A stretch of 64,000 nucleotides of DNA from Candidatus Omnitrophota bacterium (GTDB lineage: Bacteria > Omnitrophota > Gorgyraeia > JACQQV01). Under the pieces are notes generated by a model. That model was not told the DNA's origin. It saw only the letters and a program-made list of their open reading frames with translations, and did no database searches. Positions within the stretch are counted from its first letter, which is position 1, and each line of letters opens with the position of its first letter. The translations under genes and the position numbers were made by a program. Location of the stretch: the NCBI GenBank assembly GCA_016206785.1, contig JACQQV010000010.1, positions 302-64,301 of the forward strand. Reading direction: 5' to 3'. Shown one piece after another: positions 36,973-48,895 of this stretch.

Positions 36973-37722
36973 TCAGGCGGGGCTTCGTTTAAACAGAGCG
37001 ACAGCAAGGCTAAGCATCAGGGCTGAAAAGAGAAGATTGAACAGAAGATCAAAAGCGATCGGAAAACGGTGCGCTCCTGAGAGGATCCACCGAAGTTGGT
37101 CCACGCCATACGTGAGAGGATTGAGATGTGTGAGAACCTTAAGCCAGATCGGAATCCCATCCAGCGGAAAAAGCCCGCCGCTTAAGAAAAACATTGGCAT
37201 GATGACGAAATTTGCAATCGTTCCGAATCCCTCAAAAGAGGTCATCCGGCTTGCCAGCACAATCCCCATCGAGGTGCAGGTAAATGCGATGAGGAACATG
37301 GACGGGATGAGAAGCAGGATCTTCTCGAATGTGAGAGGCACATGCACCAGGGGGGCAAACGCGACGACGACCAACCCCTGTAGTACGGCGATCGTACTGC
37401 CGCTTGCGGCCTTTCCAAAAGCGATCGCACTTCTGGAAATGGGGGCCACAAGAATCTCTTTCAAAAACCCAAATTCACGGTCCCAGATGATCGAGATCGC
37501 TGAAAGAAAAGAAGCAAAGATGAGGTTCATCGCGATGACACCGGGGAAAATAAAATGCATATAAGGAACGCCCGCTCCCGAATGAAACACGGGACCCATT
37601 CCCACGCCGAGGAAAAGGAGCCAGAGCATCGGACGGGAGAAGCCGCCTAAAATCTGGGTACGGTCCCTGCGGAAACGGACCAGATCCCGAAGCCATACCG
37701 TGTAGAGGGATTGGAACTCCAT
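36973..37722 (-). CDS. ABC-2 permease (DrrB-like)
   Basis: DREFGFLKEILVAP and NPLTYGVD motifs; multiple TM helices. Confidence 0.9.
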   Translation of the reverse strand: MEFQSLYTVWLRDLVRFRRDRTQILGGFSRPMLWLLFLGVGMGPVFHSGAGVPYMHFIFPGVIAMNLIFASFLSAISIIWDREFGFLKEILVAPISRSAIAFGKAASGSTIAVLQGLVVVAFAPLVHVPLTFEKILLLIPSMFLIAFTCTSMGIVLASRMTSFEGFGTIANFVIMPMFFLSGGLFPLDGIPIWLKVLTHLNPLTYGVDQLRWILSGAHRFPIAFDLLFNLLFSALMLSLAVALFKRSPA

Positions 37723-38513
37723 TACCGCATCCTCCCGATCCATTTCTTGTGCAGATCCCGCAACTGATCTTTCTGCGAGGCATTCTCCTCGCGAATCTCG
37801 CGGCCGATGAGTTTGACAAAGACATCGTCCAAGGTGTCACTTCCGAGACGCTGTTTGAGTGCGGTGGGTGTGTCCAGTGCAACGATTTTCCCCTCATCGA
37901 TGATCGCGATCCGGTCGCACTGTTCCGCTTCTTCCATATAATGGGTGGTGAGAAAAAGGGTGAGCCCTTCTTTGCTGCGGAGTTCCTTGACGTAGCTCCA
38001 GATGTGATTGCGTGTTTGCGGATCGAGTCCCAGCGTCGGCTCATCCAGGAAAAGAACTTTGGGAGAGTGAAGAAGCCCCCGGACGATTTCGAGGCGCCGT
38101 TTCATCCCTCCCGAAAAGGTCTTGACCAGATCACCACGCCTATCGGATAGACCCACCATCTCCAAGAGCATTTCTCTCCGCTCCTCCGTCTTTTTTTTGG
38201 GAAGGTGATAGAGCATCGCATGGAACTTGAGATTTTCGAGAGCGGTTAACCGTTCGTCCAGGCTAGGGTCTTGGAAAATGATGCCGATCGACCTGCGCAC
38301 TTCGGTGGGATGCTGCACCACATCGTGGCCTGCAACCAGGGCCCTCCCGCTCGTCGGGGTGAGAAGGGTGCAGAGCATATTGATGGTGGTGGTCTTTCCT
38401 GCGCCGTTCGGACCTAAAAAACCGAAGAGCTCCCCCTCCCCCACCTGAAAAGAGATGTCTCGAACGGCGTGGAGAACGCCAAAGTGCTTGACAAGGTTTT
38501 CAACCTGAATCAC
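37722..38513 (-). CDS. ABC ATP-binding protein (DrrA-like)
   Basis: GPNGAGKTT, FSGGMKRR and LDEPT motifs. Confidence 0.93.
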   Translation of the reverse strand: MIQVENLVKHFGVLHAVRDISFQVGEGELFGFLGPNGAGKTTTINMLCTLLTPTSGRALVAGHDVVQHPTEVRRSIGIIFQDPSLDERLTALENLKFHAMLYHLPKKKTEERREMLLEMVGLSDRRGDLVKTFSGGMKRRLEIVRGLLHSPKVLFLDEPTLGLDPQTRNHIWSYVKELRSKEGLTLFLTTHYMEEAEQCDRIAIIDEGKIVALDTPTALKQRLGSDTLDDVFVKLIGREIREENASQKDQLRDLHKKWIGRMR

Positions 38514-38586
38514 AAAGCCTAAAACCTACTCTTTCTTTGCAACTTATTTAAAATAATATGGTTGTGAATGTACGGATAACGGCGGG

Positions 38587-38613
38587 AAAAAAAATTGGCC
38601 GCCTGAGGCGGCC
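38587..38613 (-). terminator. Intrinsic terminator after the sigma-like gene
   Basis: GGCCGCC-TCA-GGCGGCC-AA-T8 on the minus strand. Confidence 0.7.
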
Positions 38614-38635
38614 TTCTAAATTTTTGTGGACTCCG

Positions 38636-39256
38636 TTAGTATAATTCCCTACGACCCAGGATTTTGATAACTACTTTTTTGATCTCACCGATCTGTTTGT
38701 GGACATACGGCTGGCTCAGGGCCCCATGGTCGAGGCCCGCAGCGATTTCTCTTTGGGTATATCCTTCTATGAGCATCTTGTAGATTTCCACCTGCATCGG
38801 CTTTAACTTCTTTAGAATCTCGGATTCGAATTCCTTAAACTCCGTCTCCTCCCGTTCTCTCGATTCGGTCCACCGCTTGAAGAGATCGGACGAGATCTCG
38901 TCAAGACCAACCCCTCTGAAGAATTCTTCCTCTTCTATCTCTTCGGCCTCATCGGAGAGGCGGCGTCCAAGGAGAAACTCCATATCCGAAAGCAGACCAT
39001 AGGGTACTTCCCGTTTCGCCCGCTCCGTATAATAGGTGTCTCTTAGAAAATTATTGATGGCGGAGTCGATCTGAAGGGAGACCCAGCTTTTGAGGGTTAG
39101 CCCGTTCGCGTCATCGACCCTGTATTTCCCGAAGGATTGCCACACCCTGATCCTGCATTCCTGACAGCAGTCCCGGTAATCGTGGTAGTCGGCGACCTTG
39201 TTGGCAACCTTTTTCTGAATCAGCTTTTCGTAATCCTCAACTCTCGTCTCAACCAT
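38636..39256 (-). CDS. Divergent sigma70-family (ECF-like) sigma factor
   Basis: Region-2-like DCCQECRIRVW...LKSWV...INNFLR; region-4 HTH GYTQREIA...SQPYV. Confidence 0.7.
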   Translation of the reverse strand: MVETRVEDYEKLIQKKVANKVADYHDYRDCCQECRIRVWQSFGKYRVDDANGLTLKSWVSLQIDSAINNFLRDTYYTERAKREVPYGLLSDMEFLLGRRLSDEAEEIEEEEFFRGVGLDEISSDLFKRWTESREREETEFKEFESEILKKLKPMQVEIYKMLIEGYTQREIAAGLDHGALSQPYVHKQIGEIKKVVIKILGRRELY

Positions 39257-39284
39257 CGTTTCACCGTCGAGCTTTCCTAATATA

Positions 39285-39313
39285 AGTATATCTCACTTTG
39301 GAAGTTTTGTCAA
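39285..39313 (-). promoter_or_regulatory. Sigma70 promoter for the sigma-like gene
   Basis: TTGACA-17-TATACT. Confidence 0.7.
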
Positions 39314-39321
39314 TAAGCCAG

Positions 39322-39450
39322 CTACCGATATCGGTACGGCGTTCCTGCGTTGAGAGGGTTCGGCTTTTTAGGCGCTGGCGTTTCAAGAGGCTCACCGCAT
39401 CCCAAAAGCATCGCAGCCAGTAAAAGGATTCCGAGTAGCTTCCGGAACAT
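39322..39450 (-). CDS. 42-aa lipoprotein MFRKLLGILLLAAMLLG-CGEPLETPAPKKPNPLNAGTPYRYR
   Basis: SD AAGGAGG 9 nt upstream and lipobox LLG-C. It is absent from the ORF track because it is <60 aa. Confidence 0.65.
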   Translation of the reverse strand: MFRKLLGILLLAAMLLGCGEPLETPAPKKPNPLNAGTPYRYR

Positions 39451-39552
39451 TTTTGCATGCCTCCTTATTTAGGATTATATCCCTCTTGGCATAAAAAGGA
39501 AAGGCCCTCCGGAAGAGTTGAAGCGGAAGGGGAGATATGGTAAGGTAACGGT

Positions 39553-40290
39553 ATGCTTGGCTCTCAACGGGTGGTAAAAAAATTAGGAATGCTCTTCCTA
39601 GACTTGGTCTACCCGACTTCCTGTCCTCTTTGCGGAAAGCGACTTGTTTTCGAGGAGGCGGGAGGCCTTTGTCCTTCCTGTCTTTCACACATTCCCAAGA
39701 ATCTCCCTCCCTTCTGCCCCACCTGCGGGAGAAATTTTATCGGCACAGAGGCGGCGATCCAATGCGGCGCTTGTGAGGGGAGGGCGTTTCTTTTTGAACG
39801 TCTCTGGTTCCTCTATCCCTATGAAGGAAGAGTTCGAGAAGTGCTCCATATCCTCAAATATCGAGGCAGAAAACCACTGGCAAATGCTCTGGCCAATCCC
39901 CTCATCGCTTTCGCAAGGGAGCACCTCAAGACCTTTCACTTTGATTGGATTCTCCCCGTCCCCCTTTTCCGACGGAAAAAGAGGGAGCGACAGTTTAACC
40001 AATCGGAACTCCTTGCCAAAGCACTCGCCCGTTCCCTCACGATCCCCTTTTCCAACGAAAACCTGATACGGAACCGCGCGACTCTCCCCCAAGCGGGCCT
40101 TCCCAAGGAAGAACGTTTTGAGAATGTCCAGGGGGCGTTTCACGTGAGGTACTCTTCTCTTTACGCCCAAAAAAGCCTTCTCCTGATCGACGACATCGTG
40201 ACGACGGGAGCAACGCTTACAGCCTGTGCGGAGGCTCTTCGAAAAGCGGGGGCGGCGAGGATCTCCGTGTTGGCACTGGCAAGAGGATAA
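39553..40290 (+). CDS. comF: ComF family protein
   Basis: Double zinc ribbon, PVPL, RQFNQS and LLIDDIVTTGAT PRTase motif. Confidence 0.92.
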   Translation: MLGSQRVVKKLGMLFLDLVYPTSCPLCGKRLVFEEAGGLCPSCLSHIPKNLPPFCPTCGRNFIGTEAAIQCGACEGRAFLFERLWFLYPYEGRVREVLHILKYRGRKPLANALANPLIAFAREHLKTFHFDWILPVPLFRRKKRERQFNQSELLAKALARSLTIPFSNENLIRNRATLPQAGLPKEERFENVQGAFHVRYSSLYAQKSLLLIDDIVTTGATLTACAEALRKAGAARISVLALARG

Positions 40291-40298
40291 CACGTGAA

Positions 40299-40349
40299 CC
40301 CCGTTAGACCTCTCTGGTCTGACGGGATAATGTTGGAGGTCTAACGGGG
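40299..40349 (+). mobile_element. 51-bp MITE-like element, copy 1 (at the lptF start)
   Basis: TIR CCCCGTTAGACCTC/GAGGTCTAACGGGG flanked by TGAA direct repeats. Confidence 0.85.
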
Positions 40350-41449
40350 TGAACATCCTCCAAAACTATATCCTAAAAGAAATCATCGTGGGATTCCTCC
40401 TCGCCATCCTCCTCTTTACCTTCGTGCTCCTCGTCGGGAATCTGGTAAAACTGGTGGAACTGGTGATGACGAAAGGGGTGAATTTCTTTTCTGTCTTGAA
40501 ACTTTTCGGATACCTCATGCCCTCTCTCTTGAATTTCACCATCCCGATGTCCCTTCTCACGAGCACGGTGCTTGTCTTCGGGCGTCTCTCAGCGGATCGG
40601 GAGATTACGGCGATGCGGGCAAGCGGCATCCGACTTTTCAAGCTTTCCTTTCCTGTCATCGTCTTTGGACTCCTCCTCAGTCTTGGATCGCTCGCCTTGA
40701 GCGACCGGCTTCTTCCAAAAACCCATTTTGCTTATCGGAAACTTCTCAAGGAAATTGGAGTGAAAAACCCGACGAGTATTCTTGAGGCAGGAACCTTTAT
40801 CGAAGGATTTGGAAACTACATTCTCTTCATCTACGAGATTGATGATGGGCTTCTTAAAAATATCCGGATCTATCAACCCCAAGAAAACCGCCCTCCCCGA
40901 ACGATCATCGCGAGGAGTGGGCGGATCCTCACTGCTCCAGGAAGCGATGTGATCACGATTAAACTCACGGATGGAACGAGTGACGAACCGAATCCCCAGC
41001 GTCCGGAGACGTTTTATAAACTCAATTTTAGGACCTATCTCATCAATCTCAAACTTTCAAGCGCTTTCAAAGAAAAGACCTTTTCCAAAAAACCAAAAGA
41101 CATGACGATCGGGGAGCTGAGGCGCCAGATCAAAAAATATCGAAAAGAGAGAATTGACACCGCTCCCCTCAGGACGGAAATCCATAAAAAACTTTCCATG
41201 GCGTTTTCAAGCCTTGTCTTTGTCCTGATCGGTCTACCCCTTTCCATCCGCACGGGCCGGAAGGAGTTATCGATCAACTTTGCGATCAGCATGGGGGTCG
41301 CTTTCATCTACTGGATTTTTCTCGCCTTGGGAGAAGCGCTCAGTTTGCGCGGCCTCCTCACCCCTTTCTTCAATATGTGGCTCCCGAATATCCTCCTCGC
41401 TACCGTCGGCATCCTGCTCATGGGTCATGCCTTGGAAGGACGCTCATGA
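40349..41449 (+). CDS. lptF: LPS export permease LptF
   Basis: GRLSADREITAMRASG motif; YjgP/YjgQ topology. Confidence 0.88.
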   Translation: MNILQNYILKEIIVGFLLAILLFTFVLLVGNLVKLVELVMTKGVNFFSVLKLFGYLMPSLLNFTIPMSLLTSTVLVFGRLSADREITAMRASGIRLFKLSFPVIVFGLLLSLGSLALSDRLLPKTHFAYRKLLKEIGVKNPTSILEAGTFIEGFGNYILFIYEIDDGLLKNIRIYQPQENRPPRTIIARSGRILTAPGSDVITIKLTDGTSDEPNPQRPETFYKLNFRTYLINLKLSSAFKEKTFSKKPKDMTIGELRRQIKKYRKERIDTAPLRTEIHKKLSMAFSSLVFVLIGLPLSIRTGRKELSINFAISMGVAFIYWIFLALGEALSLRGLLTPFFNMWLPNILLATVGILLMGHALEGRS

Positions 41450-42533
41450 AGATCCTCGACCGATACCTGGGGAAGGCCTTTTTCGTCCCCTTCATGATTT
41501 GCATTCTCACCTTTAGTTCGGTGGCGATTGTGATAGATCTCTTCAACCGATTGGATGAGATCTTAAAACTCCATACGCCTCTCACAACTTTGTTGGTCTT
41601 TTACCTCCATTTCATTCCCTTTACCTTTGTCCAAACAAGTCCCATTGCGGTTCTGGTGGCCTGCCTTTACAGCGTCGGCCTTTTAAACAAACACCATGAG
41701 TTGACGGCGATGCGGGCAAGCGGCCTGAGTCTTGCGCGTATCCTTTCTCCCTTACTTTTTCTAGGACTTTTGGTCGGGGCGGTCTCTTTCGTCGTGAATG
41801 AAACGGTCGTGCCATCGGCCATGGTCAAACTCACCGCGATCAAGGAAGAAAAGTTGGAAGTGGGAAAGACCTCAAAAGGCAAAGTGCTAAAGAATGTGGC
41901 GCTCTTTGCGGAGGAAGGAGATCTCTACTATGCCACCACCTTTGAGCCTAAAAAGAAACTTCTGCGAGATCTTGTCATCCTCCGCGACAACGAACAACAT
42001 ATTCCGATCCTCAAGATCCAGGCGCGGGAGGCCCGTTGGGCAGAGGGAAGCTGGATTCTTTCTCGAGGAAGTAAATACCGGCTTGACCTCCACGGAAAGA
42101 TCATCGGGGAACCGATCCTCTTTATCAAGGAAAGGTTTCCTTCTTCGGCGAAACCGGAGGAATTCCTCAAGGCAAGACTTCGGACGGAGATGATGAACAC
42201 CCGGGAACTCCGGGCGTACCTGAAGAAACTCAAGGGAAAGGCGGCTCCCTCCGTGATCCGCCGGATCATGGTGGAACTTCACCAAAAGATTGCTTTTCCT
42301 TTCGTGAACGTCGTCACGATCCTCATCGGATTTCCTTTTGTCTTTCGGGAAAAGAGGGGAACGGGAATCTTAAGAGGCGTCGGCATCAGCGGCGTGTTAA
42401 GTTTTACCTTCTATGCCAGTTTTATCATCACAAGCAATCTGGGAACTCAGGGAATCCTGCTCCCTTGGCTTTCGGTCTGGATTACCCATTTTGTGTTCGG
42501 AGCGGCAGGGATTTTACTTCTGTGGCAGGCCCG

Positions 42534-42537
<4 letters not shown>
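41446..42537 (+). CDS. lptG: LPS export permease LptG
   Basis: MKILDRY and HHELTAMRASG motifs; ATGA overlap with lptF. Confidence 0.88.
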
Positions 42538-43785
<1,248 letters not shown>

Positions 43786-43793
<8 letters not shown>

Positions 43794-44937
43794 GCTGGGC
43801 CCCCTTCTTCAGGACCTGAACTTTGTCGAGAGCCTCCCACGTAAAATCTTCATCGGCCCTCCCAAAATGACCGTAGCAGGCGGCCTTTTTATAAATCGGG
43901 CGACGGAGCTTGAGATCCCGGATGATGCCGCGGGGGGTAAGATCGAAATTCTCCCGCACCAGTTTTTTGAGTTTCTCTTCGGAAACCTTTCCTGTTCTTA
44001 AGGTGTTGACCATCACACTCACCGGCTCGGCCACCCCGATCGCATAGGCGAGTTGAATTTCACATTTGTCTGCAAGGCCCGCCGCGACGATATTCTTGGC
44101 AAGGTAGCGCGCCATATAGGTGGCGGAACGGTCCACCTTTGTAGGATCCTTTCCCGAGAAGGAGCCGCCGCCGTGACACCCGTATCCGCCATAGGTATCG
44201 CTGATAATTTTTCTTCCCGTAAGCCCCGTATCTCCCTGCGGTCCCCCCACCACGAAACGCCCTGTCGGGTTAATGTAAATCTTTGTATTTTTATCAATCA
44301 GTCCTTTCGGGATTACTTTGTCAATCACCATTTTTTTAAGGACATCCCGAACCTCTTTGATTTTGACCTTATCGCTATGATGGGCGCTCAGGACAACCGC
44401 CTCGGCCCGTTTTGGGTGGCTATCGATATATTCAATCGTGACTTGGCTCTTCCCATCGGGACGGAGGAAGTCCACCGCCTTCCCTTTCCGAATCTCTGCA
44501 AGGGCATGGGTGAGCTGATGGGCGAGCATAATGGGAAGAGGCATCAGTTCCGGTGTTTCTTTCGTCGCGTACCCGAACATCATCCCCTGGTCCCCTGCGC
44601 CTCCCGTATCGACCCCCAAGGCGATATCCGGGGATTGTTCCTGAATGCTTGTGATGACGCCACAGGTAAGATAATCAAAGCCATAGACCGCATCGGTATA
44701 TCCGATCTCTTTGATCGTGGAGCGTATAATTTTCGGAACGTCGACATAGCAGGTGGTCGTGACCTCCCCCGCCACGACGGCCAACCCTGTGGTGACGAGT
44801 GTCTCACAGGCTACCCGTCCGTTCGGGTCTTTATCGAGAATAGCATCCAGAATGGCATCTGAAATTTGATCGGCAATCTTATCGGGATGGCCTTCTGTGA
44901 CCGATTCAGAAGTAAATAAATAAGTACCGCTCCTCAC
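43786..44937 (-). CDS. metK: S-adenosylmethionine synthetase
   Basis: [17 protein letters not shown] and [10 protein letters not shown] motifs. Confidence 0.98.
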
Positions 44938-45683
44938 GTGTTAACCTCCTTTTTAAATGCGCCTGCAGCCTTCTGATAGGATGCAAGGTCGCCAATATCA
45001 TACCATGTCCCCGTCGAAGGGTATCCATAGACTGTCTCTTTCTGCGAGAGCCAGCGGAGGAAAAATCCGGGAGCATCTTGCGGCGATCCTCCCTGAAGGT
45101 AGGTGTCTATCTGCCCCAACACCTCTTTTGGGAAATAGTAGACCCCCATCGCAGAAAGGGTCGATTGGGGGTGTTCGGGTTTCTCTTCAAAGGAAACGAT
45201 GCGGCTTTCTCCGTCCAAACCGACAATGCCATACTGTCGCGCCAATGAAAAATCTTTTACATCATACAACATGACAGAGGAAAAGGGGGATTTTTTTTGT
45301 GCGGATTGAACAAAAGGTCGGAGGTCGATGTCGAATAAGTTGTCGCCGGCCACCACCAAAAGGTCCGACCGCACCTTCCGCTCACGGATCGTGAAGCGCA
45401 TGTCCCCGATCGCTCCCAACCTATTGCCCTCATGGGTGGACCCGTCATCCAAGAGGACGAGCGGCTTGGAGGAACGGTATGATTTTTTCCACTTTTCAAA
45501 CTGGGAATAGAATTTATGGTTGACGACGAGGGTGGCGTCGTCTACGCCGTCGATTTTCTCGATATGCCCGAGAATATATTCAAGGACCGGTTTGCCGCCG
45601 ATGTCCAAAAGAGGTTTCGGCTTCGACTGGGTCAAAGGATAAAGGCGCGTCGCGTAACCGGCGGCAAGAATAAGGGACTTCAC
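44934..45683 (-). CDS. Sugar-phosphate nucleotidyltransferase
   Basis: [22 protein letters not shown] and EKP motifs. The GTG start is supplied by the MITE. Confidence 0.9.
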   Translation of the reverse strand: MKSLILAAGYATRLYPLTQSKPKPLLDIGGKPVLEYILGHIEKIDGVDDATLVVNHKFYSQFEKWKKSYRSSKPLVLLDDGSTHEGNRLGAIGDMRFTIRERKVRSDLLVVAGDNLFDIDLRPFVQSAQKKSPFSSVMLYDVKDFSLARQYGIVGLDGESRIVSFEEKPEHPQSTLSAMGVYYFPKEVLGQIDTYLQGGSPQDAPGFFLRWLSQKETVYGYPSTGTWYDIGDLASYQKAAGAFKKEVNT

Positions 45684-45733
45684 CCCGTTAGACCTCCAAA
45701 ATGACCCCATCAGACGAGAGAGGTCTAACGGGG
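45683..45733 (-). mobile_element. 51-bp MITE-like element, copy 2
   Basis: Same TIRs; TGAA duplicated; sits in a former ATGA stop/start overlap. Confidence 0.85.
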
Positions 45734-45734
45734 T

Positions 45735-46814
45735 TCATCGCTTCGCCAACTGCTTTTTCAGGCGTTCGATCCGTTCAACGGGTGTAGGATCGACACGATT
45801 CAAGATCGCCAGGTAGTAACTGACGAGATCTCCCAAATAGATGAGGGAGAAAAGCCGTGACAACCTCCCGCGGCCCGAAGACCAGACCTCCACCGTCTCT
45901 ACCCCTTCTTCCCGACGGAGAAGGGTCTTTGTAATTTCCATCCTCCGCTTGACGCGTTCATGATCGCCCGGATCCCTTAAGAGGAGGATAAGAAGATGCC
46001 GCAAAAGGGGATCGGGCTTGCGCCATCCGACAATCTCATTGTGATTGAGTTCAGGATAGAGATGACTCCAGGAGAGTTGTTTGGAGTTTTCCGCAATTTG
46101 CGTTCGCCAACGGTAGACGACGGCATCTAACCTCTGAACATTGCCATGAATGGCCGGGATGCGCCCCCAAAGATGTCGTGCAAGCCGTTTCGCCGGATTC
46201 TGAGAGAAAGGAACATGCGGGCCGACTTCCTTCTCCCGAAGACGATGGAGCGTCTTCAACAATTCCTGAAATTCAGACTGCCGAAGCGGAAGACGGGCCA
46301 GTCGGCGCAAGAGGACATAGGGTGCGAAGAAAAGATACCCAAGGGCCGTCCGTGGCGGAAGGCCGGAGGGAATGAGAAGATGCGACACACCCTCCCGCTT
46401 CGCCCATTCCATCAATTTTCCGCCGGAACTCACGGCGATGAGGTGGGCCCTTTTTCGGCGGGCTATCTGATACGCGGTGAGTGTTTCTTCCGTATTGCCA
46501 GAATAACTGATTGCAAAAACAAGCGTCTTTGAATTCACAAAAGCAGGAAGGTGGTAAGAACGGTTTACAGCGATCGGAAAAGAGACCTCTTCCTCAAGAA
46601 GAGATTTCACGAGATCCCCCCCAATCGCCGAGCCTCCCATACCGAGGAAAAGAACGTTCTGAAAAGAGAGCGCGCGAGGAAGGGCAAACGCTTTCCCCAA
46701 TGCCCAGGCACGTTCACACTGGGACGGAAATTCACAGAGAAGCTCCAACATGCCTTGGGGATCGAGGCGCTGGAACTTCTTGATCGCTTGAAGCGTATGC
46801 GTGCGACGGGTCAT
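45735..46814 (-). CDS. Bifunctional phosphoglucose/phosphomannose isomerase
   Basis: GMGGSAIGG, SYSGNTEET, ENSK and PELNHNEI motifs. Confidence 0.92.
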   Translation of the reverse strand: MTRRTHTLQAIKKFQRLDPQGMLELLCEFPSQCERAWALGKAFALPRALSFQNVLFLGMGGSAIGGDLVKSLLEEEVSFPIAVNRSYHLPAFVNSKTLVFAISYSGNTEETLTAYQIARRKRAHLIAVSSGGKLMEWAKREGVSHLLIPSGLPPRTALGYLFFAPYVLLRRLARLPLRQSEFQELLKTLHRLREKEVGPHVPFSQNPAKRLARHLWGRIPAIHGNVQRLDAVVYRWRTQIAENSKQLSWSHLYPELNHNEIVGWRKPDPLLRHLLILLLRDPGDHERVKRRMEITKTLLRREEGVETVEVWSSGRGRLSRLFSLIYLGDLVSYYLAILNRVDPTPVERIERLKKQLAKR

Positions 46815-48559
46815 GGCTCTCCCATAAAAATTTTCTTTGTCATTTTTTCGAGATAGGCTTCAACTTCTCTTCCCGTCGAAAGTGAAAGCGCTTCTTCTGC
46901 AATTTTCTTCGCTTCACCCATCTTGACCGATCGGATGACCCTCTTGATCTCCGGAAGGTTTACCGCGCTTGTGGAAAAACCGTCCAGTCCCAATCCGAGA
47001 AGGATGAGCGCCAGTCGCGGATCACCAGCCATTTCCCCGCACATCCCGACCCATAAATGATGTTTGTGGGCTGTATCAATGATATGCTTCACAAGACGGA
47101 GAACCGCCGGGTGCGCAGGTTCGTACAGATAAGCAATTTTTTCATTCGATCGATCGACGGCGAGGGCATACTGGATGAGATCATTGGTCCCGATGCTGAA
47201 AAAATGGACCTCTTTGGCAAGGAGATCGCAGGTCAAGGCCGCAGAGGGGATTTCGATCATGGCACCCACTTCGATCTTTTCATCGAATGGAATTTTCTCC
47301 CGACGCAACTCCTCCTTCACCTCCCGGAAGAGGGCGTTGGCTTGTCTCAACTCTTCCACCCCTGAAATCATCGGGTACATCACCTTCATTTTTCCCTTGG
47401 CACTCGCTCGCAGGATCGCCCGCAGTTGTACTTTGAAGATATCGGGACGGGCCAGGCAAAACCGGATGGCGCGCCACCCCAAAAAGGGATTCATTTCATT
47501 CGGAATGTCCAATTGAGAGAGAAATTTATCTCCTCCGAGGTCCAACGTTCTCACAATGACGGAATGAGGCTGGACTTCCTGCACCACCTTGTGGTACGAC
47601 TCGAAATGTTCCTCTTCGGTGGGAAGATCTACCCGATTCATGTAAAAATACTCGGTCCGGTAAAGCCCGATTCCCTCTGCGCCATGGGCAATGACCGAAG
47701 GGATTTCATGAGGAAATTCGATATTGGCCGCAAGGGTCACCCGGTGCCCGTCCAAGGTTTCCGCGGGGAGATCCTTCAGTTTGAGAAGACTCCGGCCGAA
47801 TTCCTCAAGACGCTTTTGTTCTTCTGTATACCGACGGATCGTCTCTTCCGTCGGATTGATAATCACAAGGCCCTGCGCACCGTCGATAATGAGGAGATCG
47901 TCCTTGGAGACCCTCTGGGTCACCTCTTCGAGACCGACCACGGCCGGAATCTCAAGCGACTTCGCCATAATCGCCGTGTGAGAGGTGCGCCCCCCGATAT
48001 CCGTGACAAACCCCTTCACGTTCTCTCGATGCATGAGGGCTGTGTCTGAGGGGGAAAGGTCGTAGGCCACCACAATCACAGGTTCCTTGAGATCCTGAAG
48101 GGTCTGCCGCTGTTTTCCCAGGAGGGTCCGTAGGACCCGTTTCCCCACGTCCTCGATATCGGAAGTCCGCTCCCGGATGTATTCGTCTTCAATCTTCGAA
48201 AAGGCATGGATGTATCTTTTCAAGACATCGAGGAAGATATAATCGACGACGACTTTCTCCGCCTTCACGCGTGTGATGACTTCCTCGATCAGGGTGCGAT
48301 CCTCGATGACCAAAAGGTGCGCACTAAAGATTTCTCCTTGCTCCTTCCCCATCTCTTCGAGGATTTTCTTCTGAATACGGAGAATTTCGGCACGCGTCTG
48401 GATCAGGGCATCTTCAAAACGGGCGATCTCACCCGCCACTTCTTCCTCGGCTATCTCCTGCCTCTGAACGCTAAATCCCTCGCTATCGAGAAAAAAAGGG
48501 CGTCCGATGGTCACGCCGGCTGAAGCGGGTATGCCTTTGAGGGTTTCTTCTGGGTTCAC
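46811..48559 (-). CDS. ptsI: PTS enzyme I
   Basis: GGRTSHTAI (catalytic His), GLYRTE, NPFLGWRAIR, SIGTNDL and CGEMAG motifs. Confidence 0.96.
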   Translation of the reverse strand: MNPEETLKGIPASAGVTIGRPFFLDSEGFSVQRQEIAEEEVAGEIARFEDALIQTRAEILRIQKKILEEMGKEQGEIFSAHLLVIEDRTLIEEVITRVKAEKVVVDYIFLDVLKRYIHAFSKIEDEYIRERTSDIEDVGKRVLRTLLGKQRQTLQDLKEPVIVVAYDLSPSDTALMHRENVKGFVTDIGGRTSHTAIMAKSLEIPAVVGLEEVTQRVSKDDLLIIDGAQGLVIINPTEETIRRYTEEQKRLEEFGRSLLKLKDLPAETLDGHRVTLAANIEFPHEIPSVIAHGAEGIGLYRTEYFYMNRVDLPTEEEHFESYHKVVQEVQPHSVIVRTLDLGGDKFLSQLDIPNEMNPFLGWRAIRFCLARPDIFKVQLRAILRASAKGKMKVMYPMISGVEELRQANALFREVKEELRREKIPFDEKIEVGAMIEIPSAALTCDLLAKEVHFFSIGTNDLIQYALAVDRSNEKIAYLYEPAHPAVLRLVKHIIDTAHKHHLWVGMCGEMAGDPRLALILLGLGLDGFSTSAVNLPEIKRVIRSVKMGEAKKIAEEALSLSTGREVEAYLEKMTKKIFMGEP

Positions 48560-48609
48560 CCCGTTAGACCTCCTGGTTCCCCGTTAGAAATTCGAAAGGT
48601 CTAACGGGG
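48559..48609 (-). mobile_element. 51-bp MITE-like element, copy 3
   Basis: Same TIRs plus an internal extra TCTAACGGGG; lies between the ptsH TGA and the ptsI GTG; flanks TGAG/TGAA. Confidence 0.85.
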
Positions 48610-48610
48610 C

Positions 48611-48892
48611 TCATTTTTCCTTTTCTAACTCCACAAGGCCTTTTCCGAGAAGGTCTGAAAGTTCCCTCATGGCGCGCTCGGCGTCTTCTCCCCTGGCAGA
48701 GATCTCCACCTTGCTCCCCTTCTCGCATCCGAGCATGAGAATCCCCATGATCGATTTTCCGTTCACTTCTTCCTTCCCTTTTCGAACCACAATCTCCGAC
48801 TCGAATTTACTCGCAAGTCTCACAAAGACCGCCGCGGGTCTGGCATGAAGGCCCTGTTTATTCTTAATCACCACCGTCTTGCGAACCCACAT
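48611..48892 (-). CDS. ptsH: Phosphocarrier HPr
   Basis: GLHARPAA (His15) and NGKSIMG (Ser46). Confidence 0.95.
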   Translation of the reverse strand: MWVRKTVVIKNKQGLHARPAAVFVRLASKFESEIVVRKGKEEVNGKSIMGILMLGCEKGSKVEISARGEDAERAMRELSDLLGKGLVELEKEK

Positions 48893-48895
48893 CCG

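Noticed and set aside
39261-39458. 65-aa ORF from ATG 39458
   Set aside because: Its SD is only 1 nt from the ATG and it runs over the sigma promoter. The 42-aa lipoprotein frame has proper SD spacing and a lipobox.
44934-44960. SAM riboswitch before metK
   Set aside because: The metK start overlaps the upstream stop codon, leaving no leader.
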